64,000 bases of DNA from Gammaproteobacteria bacterium (GTDB taxonomy: Bacteria > Pseudomonadota > Gammaproteobacteria > Steroidobacterales > Rariloculaceae). Below are positions 23,385-31,966 of the stretch, piece by piece; position 1 is the stretch's first letter; each line of letters begins with the position of its first letter. The position numbers and the translations under genes were made by a program. Under the pieces are notes generated by a model that saw nothing but the letters and a program-made list of their open reading frames with translations, ran no database searches and had not been told where the DNA came from. Location of the stretch: contig JAJDVG010000005.1 in the NCBI GenBank assembly GCA_022826245.1, positions 10,837 to 74,836 of the forward strand. The letters are read 5' to 3'.

Positions 23385-26255
23385 TCAGGGATGCTCGCCT
23401 ACCGAAAGCGTCAGCATCCATTCATCGAGGCTGCCGACACTGCCCGGCGCGGCATCGATAACCCTGAGCGTCCAGTCGCCGTTCGCGGGCTCCCCATAGA
23501 ACGCATTGCTGAGCAGCGACCAGCCGAGTAGCCCGGGTTCCGCGACCAACGGGTCGTTGTAGACGGGGTTCAGAATGCTCTCGGTACCCGAGGGCGAGAT
23601 GAGCGTGACGCCGAGATCGTTCGGGAACGGGTGATCCGCGAGGATCGCAAGTTCGACCGCCTCGACATTGGCCGTGTCGCTGATACCGCTCACCGTCAGC
23701 ACCTGTGAAACGCCGCCGCCGTCGTTGTCCGGAATGGTCTCCGTCGCGGCGTGCTCGAATGCCATCTGCGTGAACGGGCCGAGGCTGTCGGCCGTGTAGC
23801 TGCGCGTCAACTCGAGCGCGGCATCCACATCCACGGCGCCGAAGCCGTACCAGTTGTGGAAGTTGTAACCCGCGGCGTTGGTGATCCATCCGTGCTGCAA
23901 CACGACCGGCTTGCCGCCGAAGGCGATACGCACCGGCTCCGCGCCCGGATCGATCATCCTCGCGGTCCTCGCCAGGATGTGCTTGACGTCGCGCCAGGTC
24001 AGCCCGGGTTGCGCATCGAGCATCAGGGCGATGGCGCCGGAAGTGTTGGGGGCGGCAGACGACGTGCCGCTGAAACTGCTCGTATAGTCGCCATCATGTT
24101 CGACGGGGTCGCCGGTAAGTTCGCTGCCGAACCCCAGGCGCGCTTCGCCGCGGTGCGGACCGGCCTGGTCGGTGGTCACCATGGCGGGAGACAGGAAACC
24201 GCCCTCGCCTGCCGGAGCGCTGACCCAGAGGTTCGAACCCGCGGACGAATAGCTGGCCCGTTTTCCGTGTGCATTGAATGCACCGACGGTAATGAGGTAC
24301 GGCAGATTGTTGTAAGCATCGATATTGGCCGATACGCAGCCGAGCGAACGGTTCGGGCTGTAGGCATCGGGCCGGTCCGGGAAGACATGCTCGCGCATCA
24401 GTGAGGGACACAGGTCAAAGAAATTGCCCGCTGCCTTGACGTAGAGCGCACCGCGACCGTCGCGCAGCTTTTCCACGCCGTTCCTGAACACGCCCACACT
24501 CTCGGGCGTAGCGTTCGATAGCGGCGCCCCGAGGAATCCGTAGCTCATGTTGAAGATGTGCGCTCCGCTCGAGTCCGGGTTGCTCGTGCTCGCCCCGAGC
24601 GCGTCGTATTCGACGGCCGGACCGCTACCGCCGTCTACGGCGGACAGCACGTTGTAACCGCGCAGCCGGGCGCCGGACGCCACACCGCGCACCCCGATGC
24701 CGTTGTTCGCAGTCGCGGCGATCAACCCGGCGACGCTCGTGCCGTGGTCGCCGCTCGCGGAAGGATTGAACGGGTCCGTGGCGATCGAACCGGGCCACGC
24801 GAGCGTGTTGAAGTTCCAGGACGCACCGGCGGAGATATTGTCGCGAAGGTCCGGGTGACAGACCTCGAGGCCCGTGTCGACCACGGCCACCTCGACGCCG
24901 GCGCCGGTGGGGCCGTCCGCGAGCGTCTGCGCCATGCGCAGATCTTCGCCCGGGACACCGCCCGCAGCGGCGAACGCTGTCTGACCGGTGTTGTTCAGGT
25001 TCCACTGCTCGGCGAGCAGCGGGTCCTCCGTTCCGGGCGACACGGGTCGGCTGAACTCTTCGCACTCGAAAGGGTTCCGCCCGCCCACGGGGATCAGGAT
25101 CGAATTCCCGTCGGCATAGCCGCCGAACGGCGCAAAGAAATCGTCCGGCGGTGCGGTGATGAACGCGCTTGCCGTATAGATGGCTGGTCCGCGCTCCTCG
25201 ACGACCTCCTTCGGGAGCGTCAATGTGACACCCAAATAATCGCGCGGCGCAAGGGGCGGAACATCGACGCTCTGCGAGGTCACCGGAGCGCCGATGAGCG
25301 TGCCCGGGGCGAAGTCCTCGAAGTCGACCCGCATCATCAGCGACGTGCTGCCGCTCGTCTTCGCACCCAGGTTCAGGATTCCGAAACCGAACTCGTAGCC
25401 GCGGTCGCTCGTCCGCATTCTCTCGAACAGCACGAGCAGCGCTGACGTCAGGCCCTGCTTGGCGGAAGCGAACATCGCGCCGGCGTCAAGCACCTCGATG
25501 TCGACGGCTGGCGCTGAGTCATCGAAGAGGTTGGCGTCCACGGATTGCACGGCGACCCCGATCGATTCCGTGCCCTCGCCCTCAAAATCGGGGACGGAGC
25601 GCAGAGACAACGTTGCGCTGTCCGCGCCGGCTTCGATGGTCACCTCGGCGCCGTCGACGAGCGCCGCAGCGGAATCGCCCATCTCGCCTCCCGACAATTC
25701 ATAGTCTCCACCGTCCGTGGCCGTCCCGGAGGTTGCGAACCGGACGGTGGCTTGTCTCGGCGCCGGCGTCGAGAGACGAACCGTGATTTCGGCGCCCGAA
25801 TCGTTCCATTCGGCGATTTCGGTCGCGCCCGCCTCGAGTGTGATCGAACTCACACTGATCGCGAACGTGAGGCTCGCCGTGTCACCGTTGTTATCGCTCA
25901 CCGAATAGGTGAACGTCGTCTCGTCGAACGTTTCCGTCGGAGTGCCCGACAATGTGCGGGTTGTCGCGTTGAAGGAGACACCGGCCGGAAGTGCGGGCGT
26001 CAGCGTGTAGGACAGAGGCAGGTCCCCGCCCGTGGCTTCCGGCAACCCGACACCGATACCGGCCACGAAGGCCCGCTCGAAGGCCGGGAGGGCGCCAATC
26101 GCGGCGCCGCGAATGTAGAACTGCCGCTCGATCTCGACATTGCCGAACCTCGGCACCCGATCCGGACGCGAACTGCCGCCGCAGGCGCCAAGTACGAGGC
26201 TCGCGATGAACAGCAATGCGGGTGGGCGGAAGCCCCGTTTGAGAGTTTCAAGCAC
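23385..26255 (-). CDS. S8 subtilisin/kexin-like serine protease lipoprotein with cadherin-like, Calx-beta-like and C-terminal P (proprotein convertase) domains
   Basis: GTG start and lipobox LVLGAC. Catalytic contexts VAVVDTGLE (Asp), DHGTSVAGLIAA (His) and SGTSSAAPNTSGAIALM (Ser). PLSYTLTPALPAGVSFNATTRTLSGTP Ig-like repeat, GTATDGGDYE Calx-beta-like motif, and C-terminal GDWTLRVID...DEWMLTL P-domain pattern. Confidence 0.85.
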   Translation of the reverse strand: MLETLKRGFRPPALLFIASLVLGACGGSSRPDRVPRFGNVEIERQFYIRGAAIGALPAFERAFVAGIGVGLPEATGGDLPLSYTLTPALPAGVSFNATTRTLSGTPTETFDETTFTYSVSDNNGDTASLTFAISVSSITLEAGATEIAEWNDSGAEITVRLSTPAPRQATVRFATSGTATDGGDYELSGGEMGDSAAALVDGAEVTIEAGADSATLSLRSVPDFEGEGTESIGVAVQSVDANLFDDSAPAVDIEVLDAGAMFASAKQGLTSALLVLFERMRTSDRGYEFGFGILNLGAKTSGSTSLMMRVDFEDFAPGTLIGAPVTSQSVDVPPLAPRDYLGVTLTLPKEVVEERGPAIYTASAFITAPPDDFFAPFGGYADGNSILIPVGGRNPFECEEFSRPVSPGTEDPLLAEQWNLNNTGQTAFAAAGGVPGEDLRMAQTLADGPTGAGVEVAVVDTGLEVCHPDLRDNISAGASWNFNTLAWPGSIATDPFNPSASGDHGTSVAGLIAATANNGIGVRGVASGARLRGYNVLSAVDGGSGPAVEYDALGASTSNPDSSGAHIFNMSYGFLGAPLSNATPESVGVFRNGVEKLRDGRGALYVKAAGNFFDLCPSLMREHVFPDRPDAYSPNRSLGCVSANIDAYNNLPYLITVGAFNAHGKRASYSSAGSNLWVSAPAGEGGFLSPAMVTTDQAGPHRGEARLGFGSELTGDPVEHDGDYTSSFSGTSSAAPNTSGAIALMLDAQPGLTWRDVKHILARTARMIDPGAEPVRIAFGGKPVVLQHGWITNAAGYNFHNWYGFGAVDVDAALELTRSYTADSLGPFTQMAFEHAATETIPDNDGGGVSQVLTVSGISDTANVEAVELAILADHPFPNDLGVTLISPSGTESILNPVYNDPLVAEPGLLGWSLLSNAFYGEPANGDWTLRVIDAAPGSVGSLDEWMLTLSVGEHP

Positions 26256-26446
26256 CGCAGCCGTTACTCAAGTCAATAGCCTTGTGACTAATAGTTGACG
26301 GGATCGATCAGGCGTGTCGGCGGCGCGCACGGGACGGCCGATGATGGCACTTCGTCAGTGCCGTGTCCAAACTGCCGAATAGTTGATATGGGCCAACGTA
26401 TAGCCCATGTTAGCGCCCATTGTCATGACCATGCACAGGAGCAGGA

Positions 26447-27733
26447 ATGTCACTCGAGATCGTTTTGGCGGCCGCCGCCCTTGTCGCACTCGCCGGAATT
26501 GTCGGCTTCGTGCTTGGCAGTCGGCGCGTCAACCGACTGAGCAGCGAGAACGCGAAACTTCAGGCGCGATTGGAGGAACGCGACAGGAATCTTGCCGACC
26601 AGCGCGCCGGATTCGACGAACAGAAGAAGCAACTCAAGACCGAATTTGAGAACCTGTCCAATCGCATCTTTGACGCAAAAGGCAGGGATTTTGCCGAGCG
26701 CAGCAAGGCCAGCCTTGATGAGCTGCTGAATCCGTTCAAGAAGCAGATCGATGATTTTCGCGCGAAGGTTGAAGACATTCACACGAAGGAAACCGGTCAG
26801 CAGGAGGTATTGAAAGCTGAACTCGCCCGCCTGCAGGAGATGAACCGGCAAATCACCCAGGACGCGCAGAATCTGACTACTGCCCTCCAGGGCCAGAAGA
26901 AGATGCAAGGCAACTGGGGCGAAATGATGCTCGAGAGTGTCCTCGACCGATCCGGGCTGGTGGAGGGCAGAAACTACCGCCGCGAAATGTCCATAAGCAC
27001 CGAAGAAGGCAGGCGGCGGCCGGATGTAGTGGTATTCCTGCCCGATGCCAAGCACCTCGTCATCGACGCCAAGGTGTCATTGAATGCCTATACGCGCTAC
27101 GTCAATTCCGAAGATGACGGCGAACGCAAGCTGGCCCTGCAGGAGCACACCCGAGCGATCACGAACCACATCGAGGAACTGGCAAGACGTGACTACGACA
27201 AGCTCGACGGCTTGAACTCTCCGGAAGTGGTATTCATGTTCGTCCCCATCGAATCGGCCTTCGTCGAAGCCATGAAGGGCGACGAGAGCATCTTCCAGAA
27301 GGCCATCGAGAAGCGTGTGCTCGTCGCCACCCCCACGACGTTGCTCACGAGCCTGAACATCGTGCGTCAGCTCTGGCGCTTCGAAGACCAGAACAGGAAC
27401 ACTCAGGAGATCGCCGACAAGGCCGGGCGCATCTACGACAAGCTGCGCACCTTTGTCGACAGCTTCGAGGGCATCGGCAAGTCCCTGGAAAGTGCCCAGC
27501 AAAGCTTCAGCAAGGCGAAAGGACAACTTGTCGACGGTCGCGGCAACCTCATCAAGCAGGCCACCGAGTTCAAAAGCCTCGGCGTCTCGGTGAAAAAAGA
27601 CCTTCCCGCGGAATACACGGACATGGCGGAATCCGAACTCACGCGTCAGCCCGTACTGGTCAGCCAGCAAACGCCGGAACCCATCCAGCAGGAATCCGAA
27701 CACGAGCAGGATGAAGTTTCATCGGAAACGTAA
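26447..27733 (+). CDS. rmuC: DNA recombination protein RmuC
   Basis: AGGAGCAGGA upstream. N-terminal TM helix, long coiled coil, and RmuC core (RPDVVVFLPDAKHLVIDAKVSL..., EVVFMFVPIESAF, LVATPTTLL). Confidence 0.9.
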   Translation: MSLEIVLAAAALVALAGIVGFVLGSRRVNRLSSENAKLQARLEERDRNLADQRAGFDEQKKQLKTEFENLSNRIFDAKGRDFAERSKASLDELLNPFKKQIDDFRAKVEDIHTKETGQQEVLKAELARLQEMNRQITQDAQNLTTALQGQKKMQGNWGEMMLESVLDRSGLVEGRNYRREMSISTEEGRRRPDVVVFLPDAKHLVIDAKVSLNAYTRYVNSEDDGERKLALQEHTRAITNHIEELARRDYDKLDGLNSPEVVFMFVPIESAFVEAMKGDESIFQKAIEKRVLVATPTTLLTSLNIVRQLWRFEDQNRNTQEIADKAGRIYDKLRTFVDSFEGIGKSLESAQQSFSKAKGQLVDGRGNLIKQATEFKSLGVSVKKDLPAEYTDMAESELTRQPVLVSQQTPEPIQQESEHEQDEVSSET

Positions 27734-27813
27734 CGAACGGGCGCGACTCAAGCGAATGTGACGCAGCGGAGGTGATCGTCCTCGCACATAGGCAACATGC
27801 TCCGCGCGCGCTA

Positions 27814-27830
27814 AGCTATCGGCGATAGCT
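27814..27830. promoter_or_regulatory. perfect palindrome AGCTATC-ggc-GATAGCT upstream of the flavoprotein gene
   Basis: Seen directly, about 100 nt upstream of the ATG at 27928. Candidate operator. Confidence 0.25.
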
Positions 27831-27927
27831 GTATACGGAGCGTCGCTCGTGCCTACCCGAAGAAACATCCTCCGATCCGCCGGCGTGCTCTCGGCCGCGT
27901 AACACACGACCTGACTGGAGATACCAA

Positions 27928-29457
27928 ATGGCCCTCCCCCACGGCGTAAGCGAAACAGACTTCACACACGCACTGGACCGGTTCCGCACCGCGGTCGGTG
28001 ACGAGTGGGTGTTCAGTTCGGACGAGGACGTCGCGCTCTATCGCGACGCCTATTCGATCTACTGGGACGAGCCCGAGGAACGCGTCGCCTCCGCGGCGGT
28101 CGCACCGGCAACGGTCGAGGAAGTGCAGGCCGTCGTCCGCGCCGCGAACGAGTTGGGGATTCCGCTCTACCCGATTTCGACGGGACGCAATCTCGCTTAT
28201 GGCGGCTCGGCGCCGATGTATTCGGGCAGCGTGGTGCTCGATCTGAAGCGCATGAACCGCGTGCTCGATGTCGATGAACGCAACGCCTGGGCGCTCGTCG
28301 AACCCGGCGTCAGCTACTTCGATCTCTACAACCACATTCAGGAGCGCGGGCTGGATCTGTGGATCGATCCGCCCGATCCGGGCTGGGGCAGCGTCATCGG
28401 CAATGCGCTCGATGGCGGCGGAGGCTGGACGGCCTACCCCTTCCGCGACCACTTCGGCGCGCACTGCGGCATGGAAGTGGTGCTCGGCGACGGGGAGATC
28501 GTCCGCACGGGCATGGGCGCGGCGCCGGGCGCGAAGACCTGGCAGGAAAACAAGTGGGGCTACGGCCCCTGGGTCGACGGGCTGTTCCGCCAGGGCAATA
28601 TGGGCGTCGTGACGAAAATGGGCTTCTGGCTCATGCCGAGGCCCGAAGCGCTGATCACCGGCAGGGCGACCGTGGCGAGCGACGACGGGGTCGTCGGGCT
28701 CATCGACACGCTGAACCTGCTCGAGAACCAGCAGATGGTCAACGGCTCCACGCAGTTGAACAGCGGAGGCAGTGGCGGTTTCGGATCCCCAGGCTGGTCG
28801 CTCGATGTCCCGATCTACGGGCCGGTAAACGTCATCCGCGAGCAACTCGCCTACGCACGCTCGAAGTTCGAGCAAATCGACGGCTGCACGTTCAGCGAAT
28901 CGGAACTCATCATGACTCAAGGCCCCGGAGAGGACGCACCTCCGGGCGTCCGTCTCGTGAATTTCGGCGTGCCGAACCTGTCGACGTTCTCACTGCTCGG
29001 GCGCAGCCCGTTCCAGCCGAATCCGGCCGGCGGACACATCGGGTTTTCGCCGATCCTGCCAAGGCGCGGCGAGGAACTCATCCGCTTCCGCGACTGGTAC
29101 CGGGCCAATTCGGCCGAGGCCAGCCAGGGCGAGGATCTCGGCATCATCGGCCCGGTCTTCATGACCAACTGGGAGCGCTCGCTCGTCGGGCTCATCATGT
29201 TCCCGGTCGCGAAAGACGCCGGGTACAACTCCAGGATACGTGCAGCCTTCGAACGCTGGGTTGAACTCGCAGCAGCCGAAGGTTGGGTGGAGTATCGCGC
29301 TCCGACGGTCTACCAGGATCTCGTGGCACAGACCTACTCATACAACGACAACGCGCTCAAGAGGATGCAGGAGAAGATCAAGGACGCCGTGGACCCCAAC
29401 GGCATCCTCGCGGCGGGCCGTTACGGCGTGTGGCCGAAGCACCTGAGGGACGCCTGA
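27928..29457 (+). CDS. VAO/PCMH-family FAD flavoprotein, p-cresol methylhydroxylase PchF-like subunit
   Basis: CTGGAG upstream. The N-terminus LPHGVSETDFTHALDRFRTAVGDEWV and PISTGRNLAYGG parallel the PchF N-terminus as recalled. FAD-binding PCMH-type domain pattern. Confidence 0.8.
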   Translation: MALPHGVSETDFTHALDRFRTAVGDEWVFSSDEDVALYRDAYSIYWDEPEERVASAAVAPATVEEVQAVVRAANELGIPLYPISTGRNLAYGGSAPMYSGSVVLDLKRMNRVLDVDERNAWALVEPGVSYFDLYNHIQERGLDLWIDPPDPGWGSVIGNALDGGGGWTAYPFRDHFGAHCGMEVVLGDGEIVRTGMGAAPGAKTWQENKWGYGPWVDGLFRQGNMGVVTKMGFWLMPRPEALITGRATVASDDGVVGLIDTLNLLENQQMVNGSTQLNSGGSGGFGSPGWSLDVPIYGPVNVIREQLAYARSKFEQIDGCTFSESELIMTQGPGEDAPPGVRLVNFGVPNLSTFSLLGRSPFQPNPAGGHIGFSPILPRRGEELIRFRDWYRANSAEASQGEDLGIIGPVFMTNWERSLVGLIMFPVAKDAGYNSRIRAAFERWVELAAAEGWVEYRAPTVYQDLVAQTYSYNDNALKRMQEKIKDAVDPNGILAAGRYGVWPKHLRDA

Positions 29458-29822
29458 TGAAATCGGCGAAAGCCGCGTTCACTCTCGGCGCCGCATGCCT
29501 CGCGGGCGCCGTGTTCGCGCTCGGGTCCGTCGCGACCCTGGCGCAGGCACAGGACACTGCCATCGAACGCGGCGAACAGGTTTACGACTACTGGTGCGCC
29601 CCCTGCCACGACCCGGGACCGGGCCATCCGGGCACGCAGAGCCTCGCGTTCAGGTATGACGGGACGGAGATTCCCGCTGTACTCGAGGACCGGACCGACC
29701 TGACGCCCGAATTCGTCAGAACGTTGGTCCGTCAGGGCATGTTGTCGATGGCCCCGTTCCGAAAGACGGAGATCACGGACGCGGAACTCGACGCTCTGGC
29801 TGCGTATCTGTCCGGGCAGTGA
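29457..29822 (+). CDS. c-type cytochrome (PchC-like partner subunit)
   Basis: ORF 29283..29822 trimmed to the ATG overlapping the upstream TGA by 1 nt. Signal peptide ...ATLAQAQD, single haem motif CAPCH, and distal Met candidate (GMLSMAPF). Confidence 0.8.
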   Translation: MKSAKAAFTLGAACLAGAVFALGSVATLAQAQDTAIERGEQVYDYWCAPCHDPGPGHPGTQSLAFRYDGTEIPAVLEDRTDLTPEFVRTLVRQGMLSMAPFRKTEITDAELDALAAYLSGQ

Positions 29823-29912
29823 GTCGGACTGGCCTGGAACGCCCCGCGTCCCGAAAGTCTAGAGCGAGGAACGCTCCATCGAGCGTGATCGGCATCGCCG
29901 ACGCCCTCCTGG

Positions 29913-29960
29913 CCTCAACGTGATATGTCGATATGTTGTCATTTCATCGACACGTTGAGG
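29913..29960. other. imperfect hairpin CCTCAACGTG(ata)TGTCGAT ... ATCGACACGTTGAGG, part of a cluster of TCGA(C/T)A motifs extending to 29985
   Basis: Seen directly. The 10-bp palindrome CTGTCGACAG follows at 29965-29974. Confidence 0.6.
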
Positions 29961-30187
29961 TGACCTGTCGACAGAATCGACATGTTCGGAAATCCGCGGT
30001 AGCGAGCTTGTCGTTCCGGTAGTTCGTGTCGCTCACGGCTGGAAGGCTTATCGACGGGCATCGTCATGAGCCATCGGAACACGTCGCAAGGCGATCACAT
30101 CTGTTCCGTAAACGGATCGCCAAGCCATCTCACGTTCCATTTGTTGAACGCGTACTTCCCAACCCGCTTGAAATCCGCTAGATTGAT

Positions 30188-30228
30188 TCATAAATAAGTC
30201 AGAATAGCTTTTTATAACTTATTTATGG
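30188..30228. promoter_or_regulatory. inverted repeat TCATAAATAAGT-N17-ACTTATTTATGG immediately upstream of hipB (candidate HipB operator/promoter)
   Basis: 11 of 12 positions are complementary. The repeat ends 8 nt before the hipB ATG, in an AT-rich patch. Confidence 0.4.
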
Positions 30229-30235
30229 AACACCG

Positions 30236-30574
30236 ATGGCGAAGTCCGCACACAGAAGCCATTCCCGCTATGCCCGCGAAGCCGTAGAGCTTCTCGGGCT
30301 GATGATCCGTACCGCGCGCATCGAACGCAACATGACGGTAACCGATGTCGCCGAACGCGCCGGAGTTTCGCGCGGCCTTGTGCACCGCATCGAGAAAGGC
30401 GAAATGGGCTCCTCCATCGGTGCGGCCTTCGAGGTAGCCGCCATTGTCGGGCTGCGCTTGTTCGAAGCCGAACCGACAACGCTGACGCGCCATCTGTCGA
30501 TGGAACGCGGCAAGCTCACCCTGCTGCCGCAATCCGTCCGCACCGGAACGACGAAAGTGAATGATGACTTCTGA
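30236..30574 (+). CDS. hipB: XRE-family HTH antitoxin (HipB-like)
   Basis: HTH pattern IRTARIERNMTVTDVAERAGVSRGLVHRIEKGE. It overlaps the following hipA by 14 nt. Confidence 0.8.
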   Translation: MAKSAHRSHSRYAREAVELLGLMIRTARIERNMTVTDVAERAGVSRGLVHRIEKGEMGSSIGAAFEVAAIVGLRLFEAEPTTLTRHLSMERGKLTLLPQSVRTGTTKVNDDF

Positions 30575-31844
30575 TCGCCCCGACAGGAAAGCGCCGGAGG
30601 AAGCCTATGTCTGGATATGGCTCCCGGGAGCGACGGCGCCGGTCGTTGCTGGCCGCATATCGCGTGACGGCGAGCGGCTGATCTTCAACTACGGTCGGAG
30701 CTACCTGGACTCGAATGACCGCATTCCAATCCACGAGCCCGAACTGCCGTTGCGCAGCGGTGCGATCACGCCCGAAATCGGGCTGAGCATGGCGGGATGC
30801 CTGCGCGACGCCTCGCCCGATGCGTGGGGCCGTCGCATCATCCTGAACCGGGCCTTCGGCCGCAAGGGCAAGGATATCGATACCACCGCGCTCGACGAGC
30901 TGACCTATCTGCTGGAATCCGGCTCCGACCGCATCGGCGCTCTGGACTTCCAGCACTCCCCTTCCGAGTATGTGCCGCGCACCGCTCAATCCGCGCCGCT
31001 CGAGGAGCTGCTGAGCGCCGCCGGGAAAATCGAGAAAGGCGAGCCGCTGACGCCCGATCTCGACCAGGCGCTGCTCCACGGTACGTCGCTCGGCGGCGCG
31101 CGTCCGAAAGCGATGATCCAGGACGGCGACACGAAGTTGATCGCCAAGTTCTCTTCTTCGACCGACACCTACAACGTGGTGAAGGCCGAATACGTCGCCA
31201 TGCGCCTTGCGGCCAGGGCGGGGCTCGACGTTGCCGCCGTACGTCTTGAGCATGCCGCCGGCAAGGACGTATTGCTGGTCGAGCGTTTCGACCGCGCAAA
31301 GACGGTGGGCGGCTGGACTCGCAAGGCGATGGTCTCGGCGCTGACGCTGTTCGGTCTCGATGAAATGATGGCACGTTACGCCAGCTACGAAGATCTCGCG
31401 GAAATCATCCGTCACCGCTTCACCTCACCGAAGGCGACTCTGCACGAGCTGTACGGACGGCTCGTATTCAACGTCCTGTGCGGCAACACCGACGATCACG
31501 CCCGCAACCATGCGGGCTTCTGGGACGGCAAACACCTGACCCTGACGCCTGCCTATGACATCTGCCCGCAAAGCCGTTCCGGCAATGTGGCCAGCCAGGC
31601 CATGCTGATCGTCGGAGAAAATCGGACAAGCACGCTTGCGACCTGCCTTGAGGCCGCACCCAATTTCCTGCTCGGCCAGAACGCCGCGAAGGACATCATC
31701 GCCCGGCAGGTCGCCGCCATCCGGCACGGATGCGACCACGTCTGCAAGGAGGCCGCATTGACCGAAGTCGAGCGCAACCTGTTCGCCCAGCGCATGTTTC
31801 TGAACGACTTCATCTTCGAAGGCGCGGCGGAGAGCTTGCGGTGA
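30561..31844 (+). CDS. hipA: type II toxin HipA-family serine/threonine kinase
   Basis: N-terminal coupling domain (VWIWLPG...LIFNYGRSYL), GGARPKA P-loop-like motif, and catalytic GNTDDHARNH motif. Confidence 0.9.
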   Translation: MMTSDRPDRKAPEEAYVWIWLPGATAPVVAGRISRDGERLIFNYGRSYLDSNDRIPIHEPELPLRSGAITPEIGLSMAGCLRDASPDAWGRRIILNRAFGRKGKDIDTTALDELTYLLESGSDRIGALDFQHSPSEYVPRTAQSAPLEELLSAAGKIEKGEPLTPDLDQALLHGTSLGGARPKAMIQDGDTKLIAKFSSSTDTYNVVKAEYVAMRLAARAGLDVAAVRLEHAAGKDVLLVERFDRAKTVGGWTRKAMVSALTLFGLDEMMARYASYEDLAEIIRHRFTSPKATLHELYGRLVFNVLCGNTDDHARNHAGFWDGKHLTLTPAYDICPQSRSGNVASQAMLIVGENRTSTLATCLEAAPNFLLGQNAAKDIIARQVAAIRHGCDHVCKEAALTEVERNLFAQRMFLNDFIFEGAAESLR

Positions 31845-31853
31845 TGAAGACGC

Positions 31854-31906
31854 TAACGAGGCGGTAGCGGAAACGGTAACGAGGCGGTAGCGGAAACGGT
31901 AACGAG
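31854..31906. repeat. 23-bp direct tandem repeat TAACGAGGCGGTAGCGGAAACGG x2 plus a 7-nt partial third copy
   Basis: Exact copies at 31854-31876 and 31877-31899, and TAACGAG at 31900-31906. It lies between the hipA stop and the tRNA 3' end. Confidence 0.9.
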
Positions 31907-31966
31907 CGAGATCGATTATCCCGAACCGACCGTGTGTGCCTGGCGAGGGACGGCCCCTTGTCCCGG

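Noticed and set aside
22827-23499. ORFs 22827..23384 (minus strand) and 23236..23499 (plus strand) crossing the 29-bp inverted repeat
   Set aside because: Their shared peptide strings (HHGPLET, SSGPWCTCP) are simply the two arms of the inverted repeat translated on opposite strands. There are no start-site signals and the composition is atypical.
30062-30200. Roughly 45-codon ORF starting ATGAGCCATCGG in the gap upstream of hipB
   Set aside because: It has no Shine-Dalgarno, is short, has unremarkable composition, and runs into the AT-rich promoter region. There is not enough evidence to call a gene.
29823-31966. Searched for an integrase, transposase or other mobility gene near the tRNA-fMet/hipBA region and elsewhere in the window
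   Set aside because: No ORF shows recombinase or transposase motifs. The islet idea rests only on short repeats and is reported as tentative, not as a mobile element feature.
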